DNA from: Desulfuromonas soudanensis
Lineage (GTDB): Bacteria > Desulfobacterota > Desulfuromonadia > Desulfuromonadales > WTL
DNA length: 32,000 nucleotides
NCBI RefSeq assembly: GCF_001278055.1
Contig: NZ_CP010802.1
Location: forward strand, 1,681,504-1,713,503
Direction: 5' to 3'
Shown piece after piece: positions 24,435 through 32,000 of this stretch; the stretch's first letter is position 1; each line of letters begins with the position of its first letter. The position numbers and the translations under genes were made by a program. Under the pieces are notes generated by a model. It was given only the letters and a program-made list of their open reading frames with translations, was not told the origin of the DNA and did not search any database.

Positions 24435-25808
24435 ATGGCCGGTGAACGGATACTGATCGTCGATGACGAAGAGGGGATGCGGCGCCTCCTGGTCAGGGTG
24501 CTGGCCAGGGAAGGGTTCGAGACCTGCGCCGTCGCTTCCGGTCGCGAGGCGATGCAGCAGGTGGCGGTGGACTCCTTCGATCTGGTGATCACCGACATCC
24601 ACATGCCGGGAATGGGGGGGCTCGAACTCCTCGACGAGCTCAAGGCCTTCGATCCGGCGTTGCCGATCGTCGTCATTACCGCCTACGGCACCGTGGAGAG
24701 CGCGGTGCAGGCGCTGCGCGCCGGCGCCTACGACTACATCACCAAACCCTTCGAGACCGACGAGATCCGCCTCACCGTCGCCAAGGCCCTCGAACGCCAG
24801 CGCCTGCTGGCCGAGAACCGCTATCTCCACGAAGAGCTCGAGGGACGCTACGCCTTTACGGGGATCGTCGGCAGATCTCCGACGATGCAAAAGGTCTTCG
24901 AGGTCGCCTCCTCCGTCGCCGCCAGCACCGCCAACGTCCTGATCACCGGCGAGTCGGGGACGGGGAAGGAGCTCATCGCCCGCTCGATTCATTTCAACTC
25001 CCCGCGCAAGGACAAACCGTTCATCGTTCTCAACTGCGCCGCCCTCTCCGAAGGGGTGATGGAGAGCGAGCTCTTCGGCCACGAACGGGGAGCCTTCACC
25101 GGCGCCATGGCGACCAAGAAGGGGCGCTTCGAGCTGGCCCACGAAGGGACCCTCTTCATCGACGAAGTCGGCGAGATGAGTCTCAACGCCCAGGTCAAGC
25201 TGCTGCGGGTAATCCAGGAGCACGAGTTCGAGCGCGTCGGCGGGACCAAGACGATCCGCAGCGACGTGCGCATCGTCGCCGCCACCAACAAGGCCCTCGA
25301 GGCCGAGGTGAAGAAGGGGACTTTCCGCGAAGACCTCTACTACCGCCTCAACGTCGTCAACATCCCCCTGCCGCCCCTGCGGGAACGGCGGGAGGACATC
25401 GAGCCTCTGGCCCGGCATTTTCTCCATCAATACGTGCTGGAGACAGGCAAACGCATCGAAGACATCTCCCCCCGGGCCCTCTCCTGCCTTTTGGCCTACG
25501 AATGGCCGGGAAACGTGCGGGAGCTGCAGAACGCCATGGAGCGGGCGGTGGTCCTCGCCAAGGGGGAGACCCTCACCCCGCGGGATTTCCCCCAGGGGGT
25601 GCAGGGGCCGGGGCAGATCTGTCTCGACCTGCCGGAGCGCGGCGGGAGTCTCACGGAGATTCTCGAGGATCTGGAGATGCAGCTCATTCTCCAGACCCTG
25701 GCCCGCGAGAACGGCTCCCAGACCCGGGCCGCCTCCGCCCTCGGCATCAAGCGCACCACGCTGCGCTACAAGATGGAGAAGTACCGCCTCGTCGGCGGCG
25801 ACGATTGA
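24435..25808 (+). CDS. Sigma-54-dependent response regulator (NtrC family: REC-AAA+-Fis HTH)
   Basis: ILIVDDE...LVITDIHMPGMGG receiver. GESGTGKE Walker A. ERGAFTGA sigma-54 contact motif. C-terminal QTRAASALGIKRTTLRYKMEKY. The start lies 3 nt after the cyclase stop. Confidence 0.9.
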   Translation: MAGERILIVDDEEGMRRLLVRVLAREGFETCAVASGREAMQQVAVDSFDLVITDIHMPGMGGLELLDELKAFDPALPIVVITAYGTVESAVQALRAGAYDYITKPFETDEIRLTVAKALERQRLLAENRYLHEELEGRYAFTGIVGRSPTMQKVFEVASSVAASTANVLITGESGTGKELIARSIHFNSPRKDKPFIVLNCAALSEGVMESELFGHERGAFTGAMATKKGRFELAHEGTLFIDEVGEMSLNAQVKLLRVIQEHEFERVGGTKTIRSDVRIVAATNKALEAEVKKGTFREDLYYRLNVVNIPLPPLRERREDIEPLARHFLHQYVLETGKRIEDISPRALSCLLAYEWPGNVRELQNAMERAVVLAKGETLTPRDFPQGVQGPGQICLDLPERGGSLTEILEDLEMQLILQTLARENGSQTRAASALGIKRTTLRYKMEKYRLVGGDD

Positions 25809-25894
25809 CGAAAATCCGTCTAACTCCCCCGGGATGGAACCCTTGTCCCGCCCATCTCCCCCGGCCGGCCGCCTGCAGCGGCCTTTTGCCGTTG

Positions 25895-25910
25895 TGGTAC
25901 GGGACTTGCT
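25895..25910 (+). promoter_or_regulatory. Sigma-54 (-24/-12) promoter
   Basis: TGGTAC-GGGAC-TTGCT has exact GG-N10-GC spacing. It lies 87 nt after the EBP gene and 187 nt upstream of the first operon gene. Confidence 0.7.
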
Positions 25911-25944
25911 CCGGGATTTAATAATCAAAGCAGGACCTTTGCCT

Positions 25945-26026
25945 CACGCGACGCCGCAACGACGCAACGCTTCAAGGTCAAAGTCCGGATCCAAAGATTT
26001 TCGTCGCGTCGTCGCGTCGTCGCGTG
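25945..26026 (+). promoter_or_regulatory. Structured leader: 26-position imperfect stem built from 8-mer tandem repeats
   Basis: Left arm CACGCGACGCCGCAACGACGCAACGC pairs with right arm (TCGTCGCG)x3 TG at 22 of 26 positions. The loop is 30 nt. Confidence 0.5.
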
Positions 26027-26096
26027 AAACAGAATTTGGTTGGCCCCTTATTTTTGTCTCTCAAACCGAGGCTAAATCTTTTCGTCATGAGCACTC

Positions 26097-27140
26097 GTGC
26101 ATAGAAACAGCCTCATACTCCTGATCGCCCTGATCCTTCTCGCTCTCGGCGCCTGTCGCGAGATCCCTTCGGATCGGCTCTACGCCCTCCGTCTCGACGC
26201 GGCGCCGGGCGAGTCCGACTGGGAGCGCGCCCTGCCGCGAACGGTCAGCGTCAAGGGGGGACGCGTTCACAAGGAAGTGCTGCTGGCGGATATCGACGAG
26301 GATACGGTACACACCACCACCGCCTCCTGCCATCACGGCGCCTCGCTCCCCGATCCGGTGGCCGTGGACATGCGGGCCTTCTACACCGAAAAAGACCTCT
26401 ACCTGCGCCTCTCCTGGAAGGACGCCACCTTCGATGCGGCGATGCGGGAGTGGACCTTCGACGGGGTGCAGTGGCACAATGGCGGAAACGCCGAGGACGG
26501 CTTCGGCCTCATCTTCGACGCCAAGAGTCGGTTCCAGCGCTTTTCCTGCTCCTTTGCCTGCCACATCGACGATTTCGGAGTCTCCGGCGCCAACTTCCAC
26601 GCCACGAACAAGATGAAGCTGGTCGAAAAGGGGGAGTGGGTCGATCTGTGGAACTGGAAGGCGCAGCGCACCGGACGCCACGGCTTTGCCGACGACCGCT
26701 ACCTCGACCCGGAGGGGATGCACGGCGACACCCCCGGCGAGATCTTCCGCGAGAACTCCAAGGCCCGGGTGACCGCCACCATCCCCTTTGCCGAGGGGGA
26801 CGCCCCGATTTATGATGCCGAAGGACTCTCCGTCGGCAAGGAATTCCGTCCGGCGGGGAGCCGGGCTCCCGGCTATCTCACCGAACGCCCCGTCGGCGGC
26901 CGCGGCGATGTCGCAGCTTTTGCCGTCTGGGACAACGGACGCTGGACCGTGACGCTGCGCCGCTCTCTCAACACCGGCGACCCCCATGACGTGATCTTCG
27001 TCCCCGGGGATCCGGAGGGGATCGCCTTCGGCCTGTCGGTCATGGACAACACCCTGCTCGAACACTACGCGTCGACCACCCTGGAACGAATCGTCCTGAT
27101 GCCCAGGAGCCAGCTGAACCTTGCCGGCCAGGGCGATTGA
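26097..27140 (+). CDS. Lipoprotein with an ethylbenzene-dehydrogenase-gamma/DOMON-like heme-binding domain (EB_dh-like)
   Basis: Lipobox LALGAC. ...AFYTEKDLYLRLSWKD..., ...DLWNWKAQRT... and ...TVTLRRSLNTGD resemble the EB_dh domain as I recall it. GTG start with no clear RBS. Confidence 0.6.
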   Translation: MHRNSLILLIALILLALGACREIPSDRLYALRLDAAPGESDWERALPRTVSVKGGRVHKEVLLADIDEDTVHTTTASCHHGASLPDPVAVDMRAFYTEKDLYLRLSWKDATFDAAMREWTFDGVQWHNGGNAEDGFGLIFDAKSRFQRFSCSFACHIDDFGVSGANFHATNKMKLVEKGEWVDLWNWKAQRTGRHGFADDRYLDPEGMHGDTPGEIFRENSKARVTATIPFAEGDAPIYDAEGLSVGKEFRPAGSRAPGYLTERPVGGRGDVAAFAVWDNGRWTVTLRRSLNTGDPHDVIFVPGDPEGIAFGLSVMDNTLLEHYASTTLERIVLMPRSQLNLAGQGD

Positions 27141-27159
27141 CCCCTACGGAGAACAGATC

Positions 27160-27912
27160 ATGAACCTCTTTCGCTTCGCCCTTTTCACCCTCCTGTCCCT
27201 CCCGCTGGCCCTTGCCGGCTGCTCCGACGACCCCGCCGCCGGTCGGTCCGGGAGCAAGGGGATGGCCCGCCTCGCCGGAACGGTGGTGAGCCCCCTGGAG
27301 GGGACGTACCTCTACATCTACAAGAAGGGGATGGATCTCTACGGTCCGGCCTTTGCCGTTTCCGAGGCGACCGGCGCCGACGGCCGCTTCGATCTCACCC
27401 TCCCCGAGGGGGAGTACATCGCCGTGGCCCGCAAGCGCGTCAACGGCGATGCCGCCGGTCCGATCGTCTCCGGGGACAATAAAAGCGATTTTCTCCCCCT
27501 TTCCGTCCGGGAGGGGATGGCCGAGATGACCGTTCTGGCGCCAGTGAAAATCGGCGACCAGAGGATGCTCACCAAGGAGGTTGCCGTCACCAAGACCGGC
27601 CTCGCCGGGCAGATCCTCGACAGCGACGGCAATCCCGTGGAGGGCGCCCGGGTCCACGTCTACGACCATGTCCAGATGTCCGAGCGTCCCAAGTACGTCT
27701 CGGAAAAGACCGGTCCCGACGGCCGCTATCTCATCTATCTCCCCGAGGGGGGGACCTACTACCTCGCCGCCCGGGACAAGTTCGGCGGCCCCCCCAAGCT
27801 CGGCGACCTCTACGGCCGGTACGACCAGGGGACCATCGAGCCTTCGGCGCTGGTGATCCGCCAGGGCGAGATCCTTCCCGACGTCGACATCACCGTGACC
27901 AAGGTGTGGTGA
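27160..27912 (+). CDS. Lipoprotein with two carboxypeptidase-regulatory-like (CarboxypepD_reg) domains
   Basis: Lipobox LALAGC. Duplicated pattern G.V.....G..V.VY....TG.DGR..L.LPEG.Y...A. GGAGA RBS. I trimmed the track ORF to the Met at 27160. Confidence 0.65.
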   Translation: MNLFRFALFTLLSLPLALAGCSDDPAAGRSGSKGMARLAGTVVSPLEGTYLYIYKKGMDLYGPAFAVSEATGADGRFDLTLPEGEYIAVARKRVNGDAAGPIVSGDNKSDFLPLSVREGMAEMTVLAPVKIGDQRMLTKEVAVTKTGLAGQILDSDGNPVEGARVHVYDHVQMSERPKYVSEKTGPDGRYLIYLPEGGTYYLAARDKFGGPPKLGDLYGRYDQGTIEPSALVIRQGEILPDVDITVTKVW

Positions 27913-28817
27913 TGAAGGCTCTGACCCTGGCCCTTTCGGCTCTCCTCCTGCTGACCCTTCTTGGCTGCCAGCAGCGCGCCCCCCTCGACATCGAGGCGCT
28001 GCAGGGGCGGGCCCGCGGCGGCGATCCGGCCGCTCTGCGCGAACTCGTCTCGCTCCTGGCGGTGACGGAAAACGGCATCGATGCCCGCGTCTACCCGATG
28101 ATCCTCGAACTCGGCCCTCCGGCCATCCCCGTTCTCCTCGAAGAGGCCGGCGCCGCCGACCGCAACCTGCGCGAGCATGTCATCGCCGCCCTCGGGACCC
28201 TCAAGGTCCGGGAGGCCGTCCCCTCCCTCGTCGCCGTTCTCGACGACGTTGGCCTCGGGCGCCGCTACGTCGCCGCCTGGGCGTTGGGGGAGATCGGCGA
28301 CCCGGCGGGGATCCCGTCTCTGATCCGGGCTCTCGACGACGACGAGCGCGAGGTGCGCAGGTATGCCAGCCGCGCCCTGATCCGCCTCAACCAGGCGGCC
28401 GTTTCTCCTCTCCTCGACTACCTCGGCGGTGCTTCGAGCCGCGGCGAGGGGGGGGCGGTGCGCGTTCTGGGGGATATCGGCGACCGGCGCGCCCTCGAGG
28501 CGCTGCTGGCAAGGACCTCCGGACCCAACCGCGGCGACGTCTTCTTCGCACTCGGCAAGCTGCGCGATCCCCGGGCGGAGGCGGCTCTGATCGCCGGGCT
28601 CGGCGATGAGGAGTGGCGGGTGCGGATGAACGCCGCCATGGCCCTCGGCCCCCTGGGGAGCCCCGCCGCCATCGAGCCGCTGCGCAAGGCGATGGAGGAC
28701 GAAATTCATGTGGTGCGCGAATGGTCGGCCCGCTCCCTGGAGACGATCACCGGCAGCCACGTCCTCTACCGCAACGAAAAAGGGGAATACGTCCCCCCCT
28801 ACAACGTCTACCACTGA
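27912..28817 (+). CDS. HEAT-repeat (PBS-lyase-type) lipoprotein
   Basis: Lipobox LTLLGC. Repeated ...R..AA.ALGEIGDP.A.P.LI.AL.D.. units. The ATG shares one nucleotide with the upstream TGA. Confidence 0.7.
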   Translation: MKALTLALSALLLLTLLGCQQRAPLDIEALQGRARGGDPAALRELVSLLAVTENGIDARVYPMILELGPPAIPVLLEEAGAADRNLREHVIAALGTLKVREAVPSLVAVLDDVGLGRRYVAAWALGEIGDPAGIPSLIRALDDDEREVRRYASRALIRLNQAAVSPLLDYLGGASSRGEGGAVRVLGDIGDRRALEALLARTSGPNRGDVFFALGKLRDPRAEAALIAGLGDEEWRVRMNAAMALGPLGSPAAIEPLRKAMEDEIHVVREWSARSLETITGSHVLYRNEKGEYVPPYNVYH

Positions 28818-28857
28818 CGGTCGATCCCGGGGGGCACTCCCCCCGAAGGACGGTGCT

Positions 28858-30363
28858 ATGTTCGACAACCTTCTCGAAATCAAGGGGCTCGGTCCGCTCC
28901 TGCGCTCCCCCTGGCCCTGGCGCCTGGTCCGTCTGGCCGGGCTCCTGGTCCTTCTGGCGATGACCGCCTACGGCTGGCACCATCACGCCATCCCCGGGGT
29001 CGAGGTTGCCGACCCGCTGATGTACACCAACTTCGCCAGCTACTTCTTCTGGGTGCTGTGGATGATGGGGGTGGTCTTTCTTGCCCTCCTCATGGGGCGG
29101 GCCTGGTGCACCGTCTGCCCCCTGGGGTGGATCAACGGCCTGATCGCCCGCCTCGGCCTCAATCGCCCCCTCCCTTCCTGGCTCGACAACTTCGTGCCGG
29201 TGACCCTGGCCCTGATCGCCCTGCAGCTGGCGGTCTATTTTCTCGCCATCCACCGCTTTCCCGACTACACCGCCGCCCTTCTGGCCCTCATGCTCCTGCT
29301 GGCTGTCGGCGCCGGGCTGATCTTTCGCAAGCGCTCCTTCTGCACCCTCTTCTGCCCCGCCGGAGCGGTCTTCGGTCTCTACGCCCGGGTCGCCCCTTTT
29401 CAGCTGCGGGTGCGGGACGGGGAAGTCTGCAACGCCTGCGAGTCCAAAAACTGCGTCTCCGGTGCGCCTCTGCAGAAGCGCCTCACCCTGGGATCGGCGG
29501 TCCTCACCTGGCAGGGGCACCGAGCCGACTGCCCCGCCGATCTGGTTCTCGCCGGGATCGAGGAGAGCGCCACCTGCTCCCTGTGCCTGCACTGCGTGCA
29601 GAACTGCGACAACGACAACATCGTCCTCGGTCGCCGCCCCTGGCTGGCGGATCTGGGGCGCGGCGGCCTGCGCCCGAGCGAGACCCTCTTCTTTCTCGTC
29701 CTCCTCGGGATGGTGACCGCCAACTTCAGCAAGGTCTACGTCGACCTGCGCGAGGTGATCTTCTGGGCTCCGCAGCAGGCCGCTGTTCTCCTTGGCTGGG
29801 CCTCCGGCGGCTATTACCTGCTCACCGCCCTCTGGGTGGCCCTGGTCTTTCCCCTGTTGCTTCTGTTGCCGGGGTATCTGGTGCTGCGCCTCGGCGAGCT
29901 GCAGGTCGAAACGCTCCCCGTTTCCTCCTCTGCTCCTCCGGCGCCTGCCGCGGCGGCGCCCCACCGCTCGGGCTTCTGGAACACCCTCGGCGAGCTCGCC
30001 CTGCCGCTGATCCCCATGGTGCTTTCGGCCCACGTGGTGCTGGCGGTGGTCAAGCTTAACGCCAAGGGGGGGTATCTCCCCTTCGTTATGGCCGACCCGA
30101 GCGGGGTGAAGAGCTATCTGGCGATCAGCGTCATGAACACCGTTGCGGCCCCGGGGGTCCTCATCCCCCTCGACATCCTCAAATGGCTGGCGCTGGCCCT
30201 CCTTATCGGCGGCTATCTCCTCGCCCTGGCCGGGACGCGGCGCGCCGCCGCCTCCCTCGGCGGCGAAAAGGTGAAGACCTATCTGCTCGCCGCCATGGTT
30301 CCGGTCACCCTGGTCGCCGCCATCTACGGCTCGACCCTCTTCACCTGGCTCTTTATCCGATGA
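28858..30363 (+). CDS. Polytopic ferredoxin-type membrane protein (NapH/MauN-like polyferredoxin)
   Basis: CTVCPLGW and CTLFCPAG motifs on membrane loops, then CNACESKNC and CSLCLHCVQNC Fe-S cluster motifs. Hydrophobic helices lie before and after. I trimmed the track ORF to the Met at 28858. Confidence 0.65.
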   Translation: MFDNLLEIKGLGPLLRSPWPWRLVRLAGLLVLLAMTAYGWHHHAIPGVEVADPLMYTNFASYFFWVLWMMGVVFLALLMGRAWCTVCPLGWINGLIARLGLNRPLPSWLDNFVPVTLALIALQLAVYFLAIHRFPDYTAALLALMLLLAVGAGLIFRKRSFCTLFCPAGAVFGLYARVAPFQLRVRDGEVCNACESKNCVSGAPLQKRLTLGSAVLTWQGHRADCPADLVLAGIEESATCSLCLHCVQNCDNDNIVLGRRPWLADLGRGGLRPSETLFFLVLLGMVTANFSKVYVDLREVIFWAPQQAAVLLGWASGGYYLLTALWVALVFPLLLLLPGYLVLRLGELQVETLPVSSSAPPAPAAAAPHRSGFWNTLGELALPLIPMVLSAHVVLAVVKLNAKGGYLPFVMADPSGVKSYLAISVMNTVAAPGVLIPLDILKWLALALLIGGYLLALAGTRRAAASLGGEKVKTYLLAAMVPVTLVAAIYGSTLFTWLFIR

Positions 30364-30842
30364 GGCGCGCTCTTCTGAAACGGGCAGTGCTTTTGACCTT
30401 CCTTTTGCTGACGGCGGTTTCCCCGGCCCTCGGCTGCTTCGGACCCAAGCTCTATTTCGGGGTTTCTCCCGGGCCCGAGGCGGAGATCCTCTACCAGCTC
30501 TGCGCTCTCTACGTCAAGGAGAAGACCGGGACCGAATCGGTGCGGGTCGATGTGGCCACCGGCGAGGGGCTCGCCCTCCTCGGGGACGACAAGCTCGACC
30601 TGGTCCTGGTCGAAGGGAGTGACGGGGAGGAGGATCTTCTGCGCCTCGCCCCTTTCCCGGCCTTGCGGGCCGGCAAGCGCCCCCGGGACGATCTGCAGTT
30701 CACCACCGTTCTGCCGGCGCTACACAAGCTCGCCGGGCTCCTGCGCCGGGAGGATGTCGCCGCGCTGCTGGCGCGCGTCGCCGCCGGAGAAGCGTCCGCC
30801 GCTGCGGCCCGCGCCTTCCTCACGGACCGGGGGTGGATCTGA
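30360..30842 (+). CDS. Small lipoprotein, function unknown
   Basis: Lipobox PALGC. 160 aa. ATGA overlap with the upstream stop. Confidence 0.5.
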   Translation: MRRALLKRAVLLTFLLLTAVSPALGCFGPKLYFGVSPGPEAEILYQLCALYVKEKTGTESVRVDVATGEGLALLGDDKLDLVLVEGSDGEEDLLRLAPFPALRAGKRPRDDLQFTTVLPALHKLAGLLRREDVAALLARVAAGEASAAAARAFLTDRGWI

Positions 30843-31645
30843 TGGCGACTGCCCGCATCGCTCCCTTGCTCCTTCTGCTCCTCGCCGGCTGCCTGAATCC
30901 CTCCGGGCAGCCGGTCACCCCCGCCGAACCCCGGGAGGTGGCGGGAATCCTCCGCGGCGAGACGGTGCTGGAAGGGGATGTCCTCTTCAGCGGCGACGTG
31001 CTGATTCCGGCGGGGAGCACCCTGACGCTGCGCCCGGGAACCCGGGTGCGCATCCAGGTCTCCGAGAGCACCCGCATCGACCCCGAATACCTTTCGCCGG
31101 CCACCGAGCTCCTGGTGCGCGGGACCCTCAACATCCTCGGGACTCCGGAGGCGCCGGTGGTCTTCCTGACCACGGAGGCTCCCGGGTCGGAGGTCGGGGA
31201 CGACCCCCTGTGGGCCGGAATCATTCTCGACGGCGCTGCCGCAATCCTGCGCCACCTGCAGCTCTCCCGGGCCGAGACCGGAGTCCTCTGTCTCCGCTCC
31301 TCGCCGCGGGTCGAAGGGAGCGTCTTTTCCGAATGTCGCTACGGCCTCATCGCCCAGCAGGGGAGTGCGCCTCTTCTTGTGGGAAATACCTTCAAAAACG
31401 GCGAGGGGGGGGTCTTCTGCTGGCTCGGCTCCGATCCCGTCCTCGAGGGGAACGGCATCGTCGGCAACGCAGAGGAGGGGGTGTTCGTCGATGCCACCAG
31501 CCGTCCGACCCTGGCGGGCAACCGCATCACCGGCAACGCCATCGGGCTGGCCCTCTATCCCCGCGACCTCGTCTACGATCCGACCCAGATCCGGGAGAAC
31601 GAAGAAAATATCCGCCTCCTCGGGCCGGAGGAGGTGTCGCCATGA
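30842..31645 (+). CDS. Right-handed parallel beta-helix (PbH1/NosD-like) lipoprotein
   Basis: Lipobox LLAGC. Repeated GN.I.GN...GV/GL units (GNTFKNGEGGVF, GNGIVGNAEEGVF, GNRITGNAIGLAL). The start overlaps the upstream stop. Confidence 0.65.
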   Translation: MATARIAPLLLLLLAGCLNPSGQPVTPAEPREVAGILRGETVLEGDVLFSGDVLIPAGSTLTLRPGTRVRIQVSESTRIDPEYLSPATELLVRGTLNILGTPEAPVVFLTTEAPGSEVGDDPLWAGIILDGAAAILRHLQLSRAETGVLCLRSSPRVEGSVFSECRYGLIAQQGSAPLLVGNTFKNGEGGVFCWLGSDPVLEGNGIVGNAEEGVFVDATSRPTLAGNRITGNAIGLALYPRDLVYDPTQIRENEENIRLLGPEEVSP

Positions 31646-32000
31646 GAACGATCCCGCTGTTGATCGCCCTTGTCGCCGTTCTCGCCGCGCCGGCGCTGGC
31701 CGCTGAGCCCTTGCGCTACACCGGGGAGGAGACCCTTTTTCAGGATACGGTCTGGGAAGGGGAGGTGCACATAGACGGAATCCTGACGGTGGCCCCGGGG
31801 ACGACGCTGGAAATCCGCCCCGGGACCGTGGTCCGCCTGAGCCGCCTCGACAGCAACGGCGACGGCATCGGCGAGCATGAACTCTTTGTCCAGGGGGTCC
31901 TGCGCGCCCTCGGCACCGCCGCGGAGCCGATTCTCTTCACCTCCGCCGAGAAGACCCCCGTTCCCGGCGACTGGGGGGCGATCAACATGATGGCCTCCGA
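31642..32000 (+). CDS. Secreted beta-helix protein, paralog of 30842..31645 (3' end lies outside the window)
   Basis: Frame 1 is open to the window end. MRTIPLLIALVAVLAAPALA|AEP signal peptide. ...GILTVAPGTTLEIRPGTVVRL...LFVQGVLRALGTAAEPILFTS...GDWGAI parallels the N-terminus of the preceding protein. ATGA overlap. Confidence 0.6.
   Translation, partial: MRTIPLLIALVAVLAAPALAAEPLRYTGEETLFQDTVWEGEVHIDGILTVAPGTTLEIRPGTVVRLSRLDSNGDGIGEHELFVQGVLRALGTAAEPILFTSAEKTPVPGDWGAINMMAS

Noticed and set aside
25911-26096. A c-di-GMP (GEMM) riboswitch might sit in the operon leader, since the operon is next to a GGDEF gene.
   Set aside because: No GGGACGCAAAGCC-type core or GNRA tetraloop-receptor arrangement is visible. 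The leader is dominated by the repeat-built hairpin.
24411-30033. Long minus-strand ORFs (505, 326, 357 and 428 aa) opposite the EBP gene and the sigma-54 operon. The same pattern occurs at 23398..24414, 12819..13628 and 1424..2545.
   Set aside because: They are antisense to genes with clear domain signatures, have low-complexity translations and lack RBS or start context.
1-32000. Search for tRNA, rRNA, tmRNA and CRISPR arrays.
   Set aside because: I saw no T-loop or GTTCGAATC-type signatures, no rRNA-like conserved blocks and no regularly spaced direct repeats.

Overview
High-GC window that looks like a Desulfuromonadales or other deltaproteobacterial chromosome; this guess rests only on composition and gene content. 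It has two parts. Positions 1-20.8 kb are an accessory mosaic. They hold a partial ParM-like ATPase, four toxin-antitoxin loci (two with decayed toxins), small redox and SRPBCC genes, a lower-GC pnuC-nadR NAD-salvage block, an AT-rich NERD gene and an AT-rich cytosine-5 methyltransferase/endonuclease pair. Positions 20.8-32 kb hold class II ribonucleotide reductase nrdJ with NrdR boxes, a GAF-GGDEF cyclase joined to a sigma-54 enhancer-binding response regulator, and a sigma-54 promoter that drives at least seven tightly coupled envelope genes. Main observations: (1) the sigma-54 operon of lipoproteins, beta-helix proteins, a heme-domain protein and a polyferredoxin is my best candidate for an undescribed system. 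(2) A redoxin split in the ORF track reads as one UxxC selenoprotein with a bSECIS-like hairpin. (3) The R-M pair sits inside a 30-bp direct repeat of the nrdJ 3' end whose four differences are all synonymous, and the native terminator is displaced 2.4 kb. (4) Two non-coding repeat families (H1/H2 and A/B) interleave across the accessory region; one abuts a truncated PLD gene. I saw no rRNA, tRNA or CRISPR array. Most long ORFs in the track that lie antisense to these genes are high-GC artefacts.
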